NCBI GenBank assembly: GCA_023424475.1
Contig: JAFADX010000005.1
Coordinates: 400-64,399 of the forward strand
DNA length: 64,000 nucleotides
Origin: Pseudomonadota bacterium
GTDB taxonomy: Bacteria > Pseudomonadota > Alphaproteobacteria > Acetobacterales > Acetobacteraceae
Reading direction: 5' to 3'
The position numbers were made by a program, and so were the translations under genes. Under the pieces are notes generated by a model. The model worked only from the letters and a program-made list of their open reading frames with translations, was not told the origin of the DNA and did not search any database. How positions within the stretch are numbered: position 1 is the stretch's first letter; each line of letters starts with the position of its first letter. Below are positions 54,907 through 64,000 of this stretch, piece by piece.

Positions 54907-56475
54907 ATGAAGCGTCTCGCCGTCCTGGCCGCCTGCCTGCTCGCGGTCGCCCAACCAGGCCGCTCACAGACACTCGCCGTCGGCGTCGAGGCCCCCTTCG
55001 GTCTCGACCCGCACTACCTCTTCGCCGGGCCGAACATGGCGGCCGCGCGACATATCTACGACAGCCTGATCAACCGCGACGCCGAGAGCCGCTTCGTCCC
55101 CGGCATCGTCGAGACCTGGGAGATGACCGCGCCGCAGGTCTGGGAACTGCATCTGCGCTACGGCGTCACCTTCCACGACGGCAGCCCCTTCACCGCCGAG
55201 GACGTGGCCTTCTCCATCGCGCGCGTGCCGAACGTGCCGAACAACCCCGGCCCCTACACCTCCAACCTGCGCACCATCGCCCGTGTCGAGGTGGTGGACC
55301 CCTACACTGTCCGCCTGCACACCGACCGGCCGAACCCGGTGCTGCCGGGGCAGCTGACCAACATCTTCGTCGTCTCGAAGCATGCCGCGGAGAATGCCTC
55401 GACGGCCGACTTCGCCAGCGGCCGCGCGGCGATCGGCACCGGCCCCTTCCGGCTCGGACAGGCGCGCGGCTCCGACGGCATGACCGTGCTGCGCAACGAT
55501 GGCTTCTGGGGGCCGAAGGCGGCCTACGCGCAGGTCGACCTGCGCGTCATCGGCAATGATTCCTCGCGGCTCGCGGCGCTGCTCAGCGGCGACGTGGACC
55601 TGATCGAGAGCGTGCCGCCGGCCGATGTCGCGCGGCTCGAGCGCGATGGCCGCGTCACGGTCTTCCGGCGCAATTCCGACCGCATCATGTACATGCTGCC
55701 GAATGTGCGGCTCGACCAGTTCCCGCTGCTGGTCGACGGCGCAGGGCAGGCGCTGCCGCACAACCCGCTGCGCGACCTCCGCGTGCGCCAGGCGCTCTCG
55801 CTCGCGATCGACCGCCGGGCGCTGGCGGCGCGGGCCCTGGACGGCCAGGCGGTGCCCACGGTGCAGATGGTGCCGGAACAGTTCGGCGGCTTCGATCCCT
55901 CCGTTGCCGTGCCTGCCGCCGACCCTGCCCGCGCCCGCGCGCTGCTGGCCGAGGCCGGCTACCCGGACGGCTTCGGCCTGACCATCGGCTGTTCCAACAA
56001 CCGCTACGTCAACGATGCGCGGGTCTGCCAGGCATTGGGCCAGATGCTGACCCGCGCGGGCTTCCATGCGCGCGTCGAGACGCAGCCCTGGAACGTCTTC
56101 TCCCCGCGCACCCAGGCGACGCGCAACGACCTGCCGCTGATGCTCTACGGCCTCTCGCTCTCCTCCTCGCGCGATGCCTCCTACATCCTCTCGACCGCCG
56201 TCCATACGCGCGTGCCGGCCCGGGCCTTCGGCCAGGGCAACCGCGGCGGCTTCAGCGATGCGCGGCTCGACGGGCTGATCGATGCGGTCATCATTCGCAG
56301 CGGCGCGGGGCGGGAGGAGGAACTCCGCCGCGTCGCGCGCGAATCCGCGGCGCAGCTTCCGCTCATCCCGCTCTACAACCAGGTGGTGGTCGCCGCCGCG
56401 CGGCGCGGCGTGGTCTACACGCCGCGCATGGATGAGCAGATGGTCGCCTACCAGGCCCGCCCGGCCGAACGCTGA
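54907..56475 (+). CDS. Family-5 (peptide/nickel/opine-type) ABC substrate-binding protein, orphan
   Basis: 522 aa, signal peptide, VTFHDGSPFTAEDVAFS and PGPYTSNL motifs. No cognate permease or ATPase genes are adjacent. Confidence 0.85.
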   Translation: MKRLAVLAACLLAVAQPGRSQTLAVGVEAPFGLDPHYLFAGPNMAAARHIYDSLINRDAESRFVPGIVETWEMTAPQVWELHLRYGVTFHDGSPFTAEDVAFSIARVPNVPNNPGPYTSNLRTIARVEVVDPYTVRLHTDRPNPVLPGQLTNIFVVSKHAAENASTADFASGRAAIGTGPFRLGQARGSDGMTVLRNDGFWGPKAAYAQVDLRVIGNDSSRLAALLSGDVDLIESVPPADVARLERDGRVTVFRRNSDRIMYMLPNVRLDQFPLLVDGAGQALPHNPLRDLRVRQALSLAIDRRALAARALDGQAVPTVQMVPEQFGGFDPSVAVPAADPARARALLAEAGYPDGFGLTIGCSNNRYVNDARVCQALGQMLTRAGFHARVETQPWNVFSPRTQATRNDLPLMLYGLSLSSSRDASYILSTAVHTRVPARAFGQGNRGGFSDARLDGLIDAVIIRSGAGREEELRRVARESAAQLPLIPLYNQVVVAAARRGVVYTPRMDEQMVAYQARPAER

Positions 56476-56499
56476 CCCCGGTCCGGCGCGGGAGGAGCC

Positions 56500-57690
56500 T
56501 CAGCCGAGTTCCTGCCGCACCAGCCCGACCCAGAAGGCGACGCCGTGGGGCAGCGTCTCGTCGTTGAAGTCGTAGCGCGGCGTGTGCAGCCCGTGCGCCC
56601 TGCCGTCCGCGCCCACGCCGTTGCCGATGAAGACGAAGGCGCCGGGCTTGGCCTCGAGCATGAAGGAGAAGTCCTCCCCGCCGGTCACCGGCGTCGTGTC
56701 CTCATCGACACCGCCCGTCGTGCCGAGGGTCCGCGCCACCGCGGCCATCACATCCGTCTCGCGCTCATGATTGACGAGCGGCACGGTGCCCCAGCGCAGC
56801 GAGGTCTCGGCCGTCGCGCCCTGCATGGCGGCGCAGAGGTCGGCGAGTTCGCGGATGCGCGCCTCCAGCAGCTCCTGCATCGGCTTGTTGAAGGCGCGCA
56901 TGGTGCCGCCGATGTAGAGCTCGGACGGCATGACATTCAGCGACACGCGCTGGCCGGCGTCGATGTGCCCGACGCTGACGACGATGTTCTCGAGCGGCGG
57001 GGCGTTGCGGCTGACGATGGTCTGCAGCGCCTGCACGAAGGTCGCCTGCACCACCGCGAGGTCGTTGGCGAGGTGCGGCGAGTTGCCCCCGTGCCCGCCC
57101 GAGCCGCGGAAGGTCACCTCCCACCGCCCCGAGGCCGCCATCAGCGGCCCCTTGCGCAGCGCGAAGCGGCCGACCGGCATGCCCGGCATGTTGTGCATGC
57201 CGTAGACGGCATCGCAGGGGAAGCGTTCGAACAACCCGTCTTCGAGCATGGCGCGGGCGCCGCCGCGGCCTTCCTCGGCCGGCTGGAAGATGAAGTGGAC
57301 GGTGCCCGCGAAGTCCGGGTTCTCCGCCAGCACCCGCGCGGCGCCGAGCAGCATGGTGGTGTGGCCGTCATGCCCGCAGGCATGCATCCGGCCCGACGTG
57401 GTCGAAGCATAGGGCAGGCCGGTCGCCTCGGTCAGGGCGAGCGCGTCCATGTCGGCGCGCAGGCCGATCGCGCCCTGCCCCGGCCGCCTGCCGCGCAGCG
57501 TGCCGACCACGCCGAAGCGGCCGACGCCTTCCGCCGTCTCGATGCCCATCGCCTTGAGCTCGCGCGCCACCAGCGCGGCGGTGCGCTCCTCCTCCATCCC
57601 CAGTTCGGGGTGGGCGTGGATGTCGCGCCGGATCGCCACGAGCCCGGGCAGGTGTCGTTCGATGCGGCTTCGGATGTCGGTCTGGTCCAT
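56500..57690 (-). CDS. M20-family amidohydrolase (hippurate hydrolase / N-acyl-amino-acid amidohydrolase-like)
   Basis: 396 aa. IRRDIHAHPELGMEE, MHACGHDGH and FQPAEEG motifs. Confidence 0.85.
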   Translation of the reverse strand: MDQTDIRSRIERHLPGLVAIRRDIHAHPELGMEEERTAALVARELKAMGIETAEGVGRFGVVGTLRGRRPGQGAIGLRADMDALALTEATGLPYASTTSGRMHACGHDGHTTMLLGAARVLAENPDFAGTVHFIFQPAEEGRGGARAMLEDGLFERFPCDAVYGMHNMPGMPVGRFALRKGPLMAASGRWEVTFRGSGGHGGNSPHLANDLAVVQATFVQALQTIVSRNAPPLENIVVSVGHIDAGQRVSLNVMPSELYIGGTMRAFNKPMQELLEARIRELADLCAAMQGATAETSLRWGTVPLVNHERETDVMAAVARTLGTTGGVDEDTTPVTGGEDFSFMLEAKPGAFVFIGNGVGADGRAHGLHTPRYDFNDETLPHGVAFWVGLVRQELG

Positions 57691-57725
57691 GTCGTCTCCG
57701 GTGCGATGGGTCGTCCCGCGCGCGG

Positions 57726-58052
57726 CTACTTCACCGCCGAGAAGGCAGTCGGCTGCAGGATGGCGGTGCTGACATTCGCGACGATGGCGCCGTCCTTCTC
57801 AGTCTCGGCGCGCTTCGCGATCCATTCGGGATCGTTCTGGAAGGCGGTCCATTTCTGCTCGCGCTCGGCGAGCGAGGACCATTCCAGGAGATAGTGGAGA
57901 TCCTGGTTCGATTCGCCGATCACCGTGGTCCAGAAGCCGGCCTGGCGGATGCCGTGCTTCTCCCACAGCTTCAGCGTGATGGTCTCGAACCGCTTGAGCA
58001 GCGCGGGCAGGCGCCCGGGCACGCAGCGGTAGATGCGGAGTTCGTGGATCAT
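57726..58052 (-). CDS. NIPSNAP-family protein
   Basis: Start at MIHELRIYRCVPGRLPALLKRFE. 108 aa. Dimeric alpha-beta barrel pattern. Confidence 0.7.
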   Translation of the reverse strand: MIHELRIYRCVPGRLPALLKRFETITLKLWEKHGIRQAGFWTTVIGESNQDLHYLLEWSSLAEREQKWTAFQNDPEWIAKRAETEKDGAIVANVSTAILQPTAFSAVK

Positions 58053-58227
58053 TCCCTGTCGGCCCCTCGTACGGTTCGCGGAAGGCGCCGAGCATGCGGC
58101 CAGCCGGCCTTGCGGTCCAGCCGGCCCGGTGCCATGCCCCGGCAACAGGGATGCCCCCTGCCCGGCAGGCGGCGACAGCCGGGCCCGCCCGTCGCAGCCT
58201 GCGCCCCGAACGACCAAGGAACGCCCC

Positions 58228-59028
58228 ATGGAACTGAAGCAATACGAAACCCTCGCCCTCGAGGCGCCGGAGCCGCATGTCCTGGTCGTGCGGCTGAACC
58301 GCCCGCAGGTGTCGAACGCGCTCAACACGCAGATGGGCCGCGACCTGCTTTCCGTGTGGTCCGGCCTGATCGCCGAGCCGGGCGAGGTCCGCTGCGTCGT
58401 CTTCGCCGCAGCCGGCGAGAAGGCCTTCTGCGGCGGCGGCGACCTCAAGGAACGCAACGGCATGACCGATGCCGCCTGGCGCCACCAGCACGAGATCTTC
58501 GAGCGCGCCTACTGGACCCAGATCGACTGTCCGATCCCGATCGTCGCCGCGGTCTCCGGCCATGCCTATGCCGGTGGGCTCGAGATGGTGCTGGCCTCCG
58601 ACTTCGCCTACGGCGTCGCGGCCGCGCGCTTCGCGCTGACCGAGGTGACGATCGGCATCATGCCCGGCGCCGGCGGCACCCAGACCCTGCCGCGCATCGT
58701 CGGCGAGCGCCGCGCCAAGGAGATCATCCTGACCGGCCGCCCCTTCACCGCGGCCGATGCGCTCGACTGGGGCATCCTCAACCGCGTGCTCGAGACGCGC
58801 GAGGACCTGTGGGACGCCGTAATGGAGACCGCGCGCACCATCGCGCGCAATGCGCCGCTGTCGGTCCGCCAGGCCAAGCGGTCGATGCATTACGGCCTGC
58901 AGATGGACATCCGCACCGCGCTGCGCTTCGAGATCGAGTGCTACAACCAGCTCGTGAACACCGAGGACCGGCGCGAAGGCATCGCGTCGTTCAACGAGAA
59001 GCGGAAGCCGGTGTTCAAGGGCCGGTGA
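58228..59028 (+). CDS. Enoyl-CoA hydratase/isomerase family protein
   Basis: ATG at 58228. FCGGGDLKE, AAVSGHAYAGGLE and REGIASFNEKRKPVFKG motifs. Confidence 0.85.
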   Translation: MELKQYETLALEAPEPHVLVVRLNRPQVSNALNTQMGRDLLSVWSGLIAEPGEVRCVVFAAAGEKAFCGGGDLKERNGMTDAAWRHQHEIFERAYWTQIDCPIPIVAAVSGHAYAGGLEMVLASDFAYGVAAARFALTEVTIGIMPGAGGTQTLPRIVGERRAKEIILTGRPFTAADALDWGILNRVLETREDLWDAVMETARTIARNAPLSVRQAKRSMHYGLQMDIRTALRFEIECYNQLVNTEDRREGIASFNEKRKPVFKGR

Positions 59029-59193
59029 TCCGCGCCGCGGCCGAAACGCCGCGTCAGGAGGAGGTCGCCGCGCTGCTGCGGCATCCGCAACGCGGCGGCC
59101 CATGCGCGATGTACACCCGCGCGGGCTTCGCCCCGCGCGGCCCCTTCCCGCCCAACGAGGCCGGCCCGATCAGCCGCTTCCTCGAAAAGCCGG

Positions 59194-60159
59194 TCAGTTC
59201 GCGTTCGCCCCCGCCCGCTCGATGATCGGCCGCCACTTCGCCGTCTCCGCGCGGATGAAGCCGGTCAGTTCCTCCGGCGTGCTGGGGGCGGGCTCGAGCC
59301 CGTGCCTGGCAAGGTTCGCCGCCACGTCGGGGTCGCGCATCGCCTCGTTCAGCGCGGCGTTGACGCGGTCCACGACCGGCCGCGGAAGGCCGCGCGGACC
59401 CATCATCGCGTACCAGTTCGCGACCTCGTAGCCCGGCAGGTTCGCCGCCTCGGCAACGGTCGGCACGTCGGGCAGCAGCGCGCTGCGCCGCGCGAAGGGC
59501 ACCGCGAGCGGCCGCAGCCGCCCCGCCTCGATATGCGGCAGCACCGTCGCCGCCGTGGCGATGGAGAAATCCACCTTGCCCGAGAGGATGTCGGTGATGA
59601 GCTGCCCGCCGCCGCGATAGGGCACGTGGATCGTCGTGATCCCCGCCATGCTGTCGAGCAGCGCCCCGCCCAGATGCCCGGCGCCGCCGACGCCGGAAGA
59701 CCCGTAGGACAGCGTGTCGGGCTGCGCCTTCGCCGCCGCGATCAGCTCGGGCAGCGTCCGCCACGGCCGGTCGGGCGGCACCACCAGCACGTTCGTCACC
59801 TCCACCGAGCGCCCGATGGCGGTGAGGTCCGTCAGCACGTCGAAGGACAGGCGCGTCATGATCGGGTTCATCACCAGCGAGGCGATGGTGCCCATCATCA
59901 GCGCCGATCCGTCGGCCGGGGCGTTCACCGTCGCCTCGCTGGCCAGGTTGCCGCCGGCGCCGGGGCGGTTCTCCACCACGATGGGCTGGCCGAGCACCGC
60001 CTGCAGCCTGGCGCCGATGGTGCGGGTGGTGATGTCGGTGCCGCCGCCCGGGGCGAAGCCCACCAGGATGCGGATGGGGCGCGTGGGCTGCCACTGGGCC
60101 AGGGCCGGCGTCGCGAGACCGGCGAGCGCGGCCGTCCCGAGGATGCGTCGCGTGATCAT
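59194..60159 (-). CDS. Bug-family (TctC-like) substrate-binding protein
   Basis: Start at MITRRILGTAALAGL. PTRPIRILVGFAPGGGTD, YGSSGVGGAGHL and PDVPTVAE motifs. Confidence 0.85.
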   Translation of the reverse strand: MITRRILGTAALAGLATPALAQWQPTRPIRILVGFAPGGGTDITTRTIGARLQAVLGQPIVVENRPGAGGNLASEATVNAPADGSALMMGTIASLVMNPIMTRLSFDVLTDLTAIGRSVEVTNVLVVPPDRPWRTLPELIAAAKAQPDTLSYGSSGVGGAGHLGGALLDSMAGITTIHVPYRGGGQLITDILSGKVDFSIATAATVLPHIEAGRLRPLAVPFARRSALLPDVPTVAEAANLPGYEVANWYAMMGPRGLPRPVVDRVNAALNEAMRDPDVAANLARHGLEPAPSTPEELTGFIRAETAKWRPIIERAGANAN

Positions 60160-60203
60160 GGTCGGTTTCCTCCGCCCCCGTTCCGGGGGCTTTCGCGCGG
60201 AGG

Positions 60204-61061
60204 CTATGCCGGGTCGGGCCATCCGGCCAGAGCCCGCGCGTCGGCCGGGCTGCGGCCCGCCAGGCGCAGGTCGCGCAGCGTCGCGGCGCGGTCGCGCTTG
60301 GCGAGGCGCCGGCCCGTCGCGTCGATCAGCAGGGGGTGATGGGCATAGCGCGGCTCCGGCCAGCCCATGAGGTGCTGCAGCAGCCGGTGCAGATGCGTCG
60401 CGGGCAACAGGTCCTCCCCCCGCGTCACCAGCGTCACGCCCTGCAGCGCGTCGTCATGCGTCACGCAGAGATGGTAGGAGGCAGGCACGTCCTTGCGCGC
60501 CAGCACCGCGTCGCCGAACTGCACCGCGTCGCAGGCGAGGCGCCGGCCGTGCTCCTCGAAGGTCAGCGGCGCCGCCAGCGTCGCGAGCGCGGCCGCCATG
60601 TCGAGGCGCAGCGCGTGCGGCTCGCCGCGGGCGGTCCGCATCGCGCGTTCCTCCGATGAGAGCCGCCGGCACGTGCCGGGATAGAGCGGCCCGTCCGGCC
60701 CGTGGGGCGCCGCGGCGCTCGCCGCGATCTCCCGCGCGATGTCGGCGCGCGTGCAGAAGCAGGGATAGAGCAGGCCTCGCGCGGACAGGGCATCCAGCGC
60801 GCGGCGATACGCCGGCAGGTGCTGCGACTGGACCCGCACGTCGCCGTCCCAGTCGAGGCCCAGCCAGGCCAGGTCCTCCAGGATCGCCCCGATGAATTCC
60901 GGCCGGCAGCGTCCCGGGTCGATGTCCTCGATGCGCAGCAGGAAACGCCCGCCGGCGCGCCGCGCCGCCGTCCAGGCGCACAGGGCGGAATGGGCGTGGC
61001 CGAGATGCAGGTGGCCGGTCGGGCTCGGCGCGAAGCGGGTGACGATCGGGGTTGCGCCCAT
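60204..61061 (-). CDS. gluQ: tRNA glutamyl-Q(34) synthetase (GluQRS)
   Basis: Start at MGATPIVTRFAPSPTGHLHLGHAHSAL (HIGH motif). LLRIEDID, YPCFCTR and LAKR motifs. About 285 aa, with no anticodon-binding domain. Confidence 0.85.
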   Translation of the reverse strand: MGATPIVTRFAPSPTGHLHLGHAHSALCAWTAARRAGGRFLLRIEDIDPGRCRPEFIGAILEDLAWLGLDWDGDVRVQSQHLPAYRRALDALSARGLLYPCFCTRADIAREIAASAAAPHGPDGPLYPGTCRRLSSEERAMRTARGEPHALRLDMAAALATLAAPLTFEEHGRRLACDAVQFGDAVLARKDVPASYHLCVTHDDALQGVTLVTRGEDLLPATHLHRLLQHLMGWPEPRYAHHPLLIDATGRRLAKRDRAATLRDLRLAGRSPADARALAGWPDPA

Positions 61062-61113
61062 GACGGGCAGCCGGTAGCGGGCGGGGGCTGCGCATCGCAA
61101 GGGGGTTCGGCGC

Positions 61114-61776
61114 ATGACTGCATCGGACGGCGCATTGGACGGGCCGCGCTACGGGCCGGCGGAAGGCGGCGTGCCGGACAGCCTCGTCGTGCTGGTCCAC
61201 GGCTTCGGTGCCGACGGGAACGACCTGATCGACCTGGCCGCGCTCTGGGCCGGGGCCGTGCCTCGCGCGCTCTTCGTCGCGCCGCATGGGCCCGAACCCT
61301 GCGAAGGCATCCCCTTCGGCCGGCAATGGTTCCCGCTGTGGGATCGTTCCGCCGCGCAGCTTGAGGCCGGCGTCACCGCGGCCGCGGCGGGACTCGGCCG
61401 CTTCGTCGCCGCAGCCTGCGAAGCGCATGCCATCCCGCCCGGCCGCGTGGCGCTGATGGGCTTCAGCCAGGGCGCGATGACGGTACTCGAAGCGGGGCTG
61501 CGCGGCGCGGTGCCGGGGGCCGCCTGCATCCTCGCCTATTCCGGCGGCATGATCGGCGCGGAGCGCCCTGTCCTCGCGCGCCCGCCTGTGCTGCTCGTGC
61601 ACGGGGAGGCCGACGAGGTGGTGCCGGTCGCCGCCTCCCGCGCCACCGAAACGACCCTGGCCGCGGCGGGCGTGCCGGTGCGGGCCCTCTACCGGCCCGG
61701 GCTCGGGCATGGCCTCGACGAAGTCGGCCTCGCGGCCGGCGCGGAGGTGCTGCGCGGCGTGCTCGCCCCGGCGTGA
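61114..61776 (+). CDS. Alpha/beta hydrolase (phospholipase/carboxylesterase family)
   Basis: 220 aa. LVVLVHGFGADGNDL, GFSQGAM nucleophile elbow and LLVHGEADEVVP motifs. Confidence 0.75.
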   Translation: MTASDGALDGPRYGPAEGGVPDSLVVLVHGFGADGNDLIDLAALWAGAVPRALFVAPHGPEPCEGIPFGRQWFPLWDRSAAQLEAGVTAAAAGLGRFVAAACEAHAIPPGRVALMGFSQGAMTVLEAGLRGAVPGAACILAYSGGMIGAERPVLARPPVLLVHGEADEVVPVAASRATETTLAAAGVPVRALYRPGLGHGLDEVGLAAGAEVLRGVLAPA

Positions 61777-61898
61777 CAACTGCCTGACACGACAGCGGAA
61801 GGGTTGCGGCGGCCCGGGCCGCGTGGCAATCATCCACCGCACACGCGGCGGCGCCACTGTATCTGGGGCCTTACCGCCGGGTCAGGCCCCAAGGTCTT

Positions 61899-62501
61899 GT
61901 GGCGCACCGCTGGAAGGAGCGGCGCTTGCCCGACGGCGGTCAGTTCACCGGTGCCCAATCGTATCCGGCCCTCGTGCTGAATGCGGATTTTCGGCCGCTG
62001 TCCTATTTCCCGCTGTCCATCTGGTCGTGGCAAGATGCGGTGAAGGCGGTCTTCCTCGACCGCGTCTCGGTGCTGAGCGAATACGAGGTCGAGGTGCATT
62101 CGCCCTCCCTCGCCTTCCGCCTGCCGTCGGTCATCGCGCTGAAGGAATACATCCCCGCGGCGCGGCGGCCGGCCTTCACGCGCTTCAACGTCTTCCTGCG
62201 CGACCGCTTCGAATGCCAGTACTGCGGCCATGGTCGCCCGACGCCGGAACTGACCTTCGACCACGTGATCCCGCGCTCCCGCGGCGGCCGCACGACCTGG
62301 GAGAACGTCGTCACCGCCTGCGGTCCCTGCAACCTGCGCAAGGGCAGCCGCCTGCCGCGCGAATGCCACATGCTGCCGCGGCAGGAGCCGCGCCAGCCGA
62401 CCTCCTGGGAGTTGCAGGACAACGGGCGCGGCTTCCCGCCCAACTACCTGCACCAGTCCTGGCGCGACTACCTCTACTGGGACAGCGAACTGGAAGGCTG
62501 A
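61899..62501 (+). CDS. HNH endonuclease-family protein
   Basis: 200 aa (GTG start). CQYCG...LTFDHVIPRSRGGRTTWENVVTACGPCNLRKG HNH/Zn-finger motif. Confidence 0.8.
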   Translation: MAHRWKERRLPDGGQFTGAQSYPALVLNADFRPLSYFPLSIWSWQDAVKAVFLDRVSVLSEYEVEVHSPSLAFRLPSVIALKEYIPAARRPAFTRFNVFLRDRFECQYCGHGRPTPELTFDHVIPRSRGGRTTWENVVTACGPCNLRKGSRLPRECHMLPRQEPRQPTSWELQDNGRGFPPNYLHQSWRDYLYWDSELEG

Positions 62502-62506
62502 GCCGC

Positions 62507-62616
62507 CTGGAGCAGATCCCGATCAGGTGGAATCGCCTGACCGGCTGAAGATGCTCGCAGACACAAAGGGCTGAAGGCGTTGCCATGAGCCAGGGCGAAC
62601 GGGAAGGTCTCTAGAG
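62507..62616 (+). mobile_element. MITE-like element, family A (copy 3, most diverged)
   Basis: CTGGAGCAGATCCCGATCAGGTGGAATCGCCTGACC ... GGGCGAACGGGAAGGTCTCTAGAG. Shares its terminal CTAGAG with the abutting inverted B copy. Confidence 0.65.
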
Positions 62617-62740
62617 CTCTTTTCGATCAGGCGGCACCGGCCCGCACCCCCACCTGGCCACCCAACGACAGTATCCTGGATGGGTGGCCAGGTGGGGGTG
62701 CGGGCCGGTGCCGGTTCCGACAGATCGGAACATGCTCCAG
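62611..62740 (-). mobile_element. MITE-like element, family B (copy 3, inverted relative to copies 1 and 2)
   Basis: CTAGAGCTCTTTTCGATCAGGCGGCACCGGCCCGCACCCCCACCTGGCCACCC ... GGGTGGCCAGGTGGGGGTGCGGGCCGGTGCCGGTTCCGACAGATCGGAACATGCTCCAG. Confidence 0.7.
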
Positions 62741-62741
62741 C

Positions 62742-63580
<839 letters not shown>

Positions 63581-63584
<4 letters not shown>

Positions 63585-64000
63585 CGTCCCGCCTCCGCCG
63601 CGCCGAGGCGCACCCGCCCCAGCGTGAGCAACAGGGCGGTCACCATCGCGACCACCAGCACCAGGCCGGTCGCGGCGGCGGAGCCGAAGCCGACATCCTG
63701 GAAATCCACCAGTTGCTGGCGCGCATAGATGGACATCGAGGCCGTCGCGCTGCCGTTGCCGGTCAGCACGTACATCAGGTCGAAGATGCGCAGGGCATCG
63801 AGGGCGCGGAATACGACCGCCACCATCAGGGCGGGCCGGATCAGCGGCAGGGTGATGCGGAAGAAGCGGCCGACCGGGCCGAGCCCGTCGATCGCGGCCG
63901 CCTCGTAGAGCTCGTCGGGCAGCAGCTGCAGCGCGGCAAGCGTCAGCAACGCCATGAAGGGCGTCGTCTTCCAGACATCCACGGCGATCACCGCGGACAG
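63581..64000 (-). CDS. Carbohydrate ABC transporter permease (MalF-type), C-terminal part only (gene runs off the right edge)
   Basis: [30 protein letters not shown] loop. The frame stays open to the window end. Overlaps the downstream permease by 4 nt. Confidence 0.8.

Noticed and set aside
61899-62501. HNH endonuclease as part of a defence or homing system.
   Set aside because: It is a single gene with no methylase, helicase, ATPase or other partner. The flanking genes are housekeeping-type (gluQ, esterase). This type of stand-alone HNH gene is, to my recollection, broadly conserved in alphaproteobacteria.
38489-62740. Possibility that the repeated approximately 130-nt units are a CRISPR array.
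   Set aside because: The copies are kilobases apart, lie in both orientations, are internally palindromic over 30 bp, and have no regular spacer-repeat periodicity or nearby cas genes.

Overview
High-GC (about 70% by eye) alphaproteobacterial chromosomal DNA. The gene repertoire (PhaR, several Bug/TctC binding proteins, AapJ-like binding protein) suggests an Acetobacteraceae/Rhodospirillales-like organism, but that is inference only. I support about 62 protein-coding genes, most of them transport and catabolism. They include: a Bug/enolase-superfamily/DMT operon; a roughly 17-kb region with five DAO-family flavoprotein oxidoreductases, GntR and LysR regulators, a class IV aminotransferase, an Ldh_2-family oxidoreductase translationally coupled to an orphan CoxL-like molybdenum hydroxylase large subunit, and a polar amino-acid ABC importer; a siderophore-type ABC importer translationally coupled to a SAM methyltransferase; phnCDEE; a phaR / small ORF / class-III-like phaC / phaA cluster; formamidase; corA; methionine-salvage mtnB-mtnD-mtnC plus a 2H phosphoesterase; tatA; terC; a DUF3141 PhaC-like protein; a DUF35/thiolase pair; tcuAB with a GntR regulator; and gluQ, an HNH endonuclease and sugar ABC permeases. 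I found no rRNA, tRNA, CRISPR array, integrase or transposase. The most unusual signal is non-coding. Two related MITE-like repeat families (A about 108 nt, B about 131 nt with a 30-bp hairpin) share an 18-nt terminal inverted repeat built on CTAGAG. They occur at seven positions, counting a chimera, abut each other in both orientations, bracket corA, and supply the TAG stop codon of three genes. Other candidates for follow-up are the importer-methyltransferase operon, the orphan Mo-hydroxylase/Ldh_2 pair, the frame overlap in the pha synthase region, and AT-rich GntR-type palindromes. Start codons were chosen by eye from the ORF track and the sequence, and several are uncertain. All homology calls are motif and family recognition from memory, not searches.
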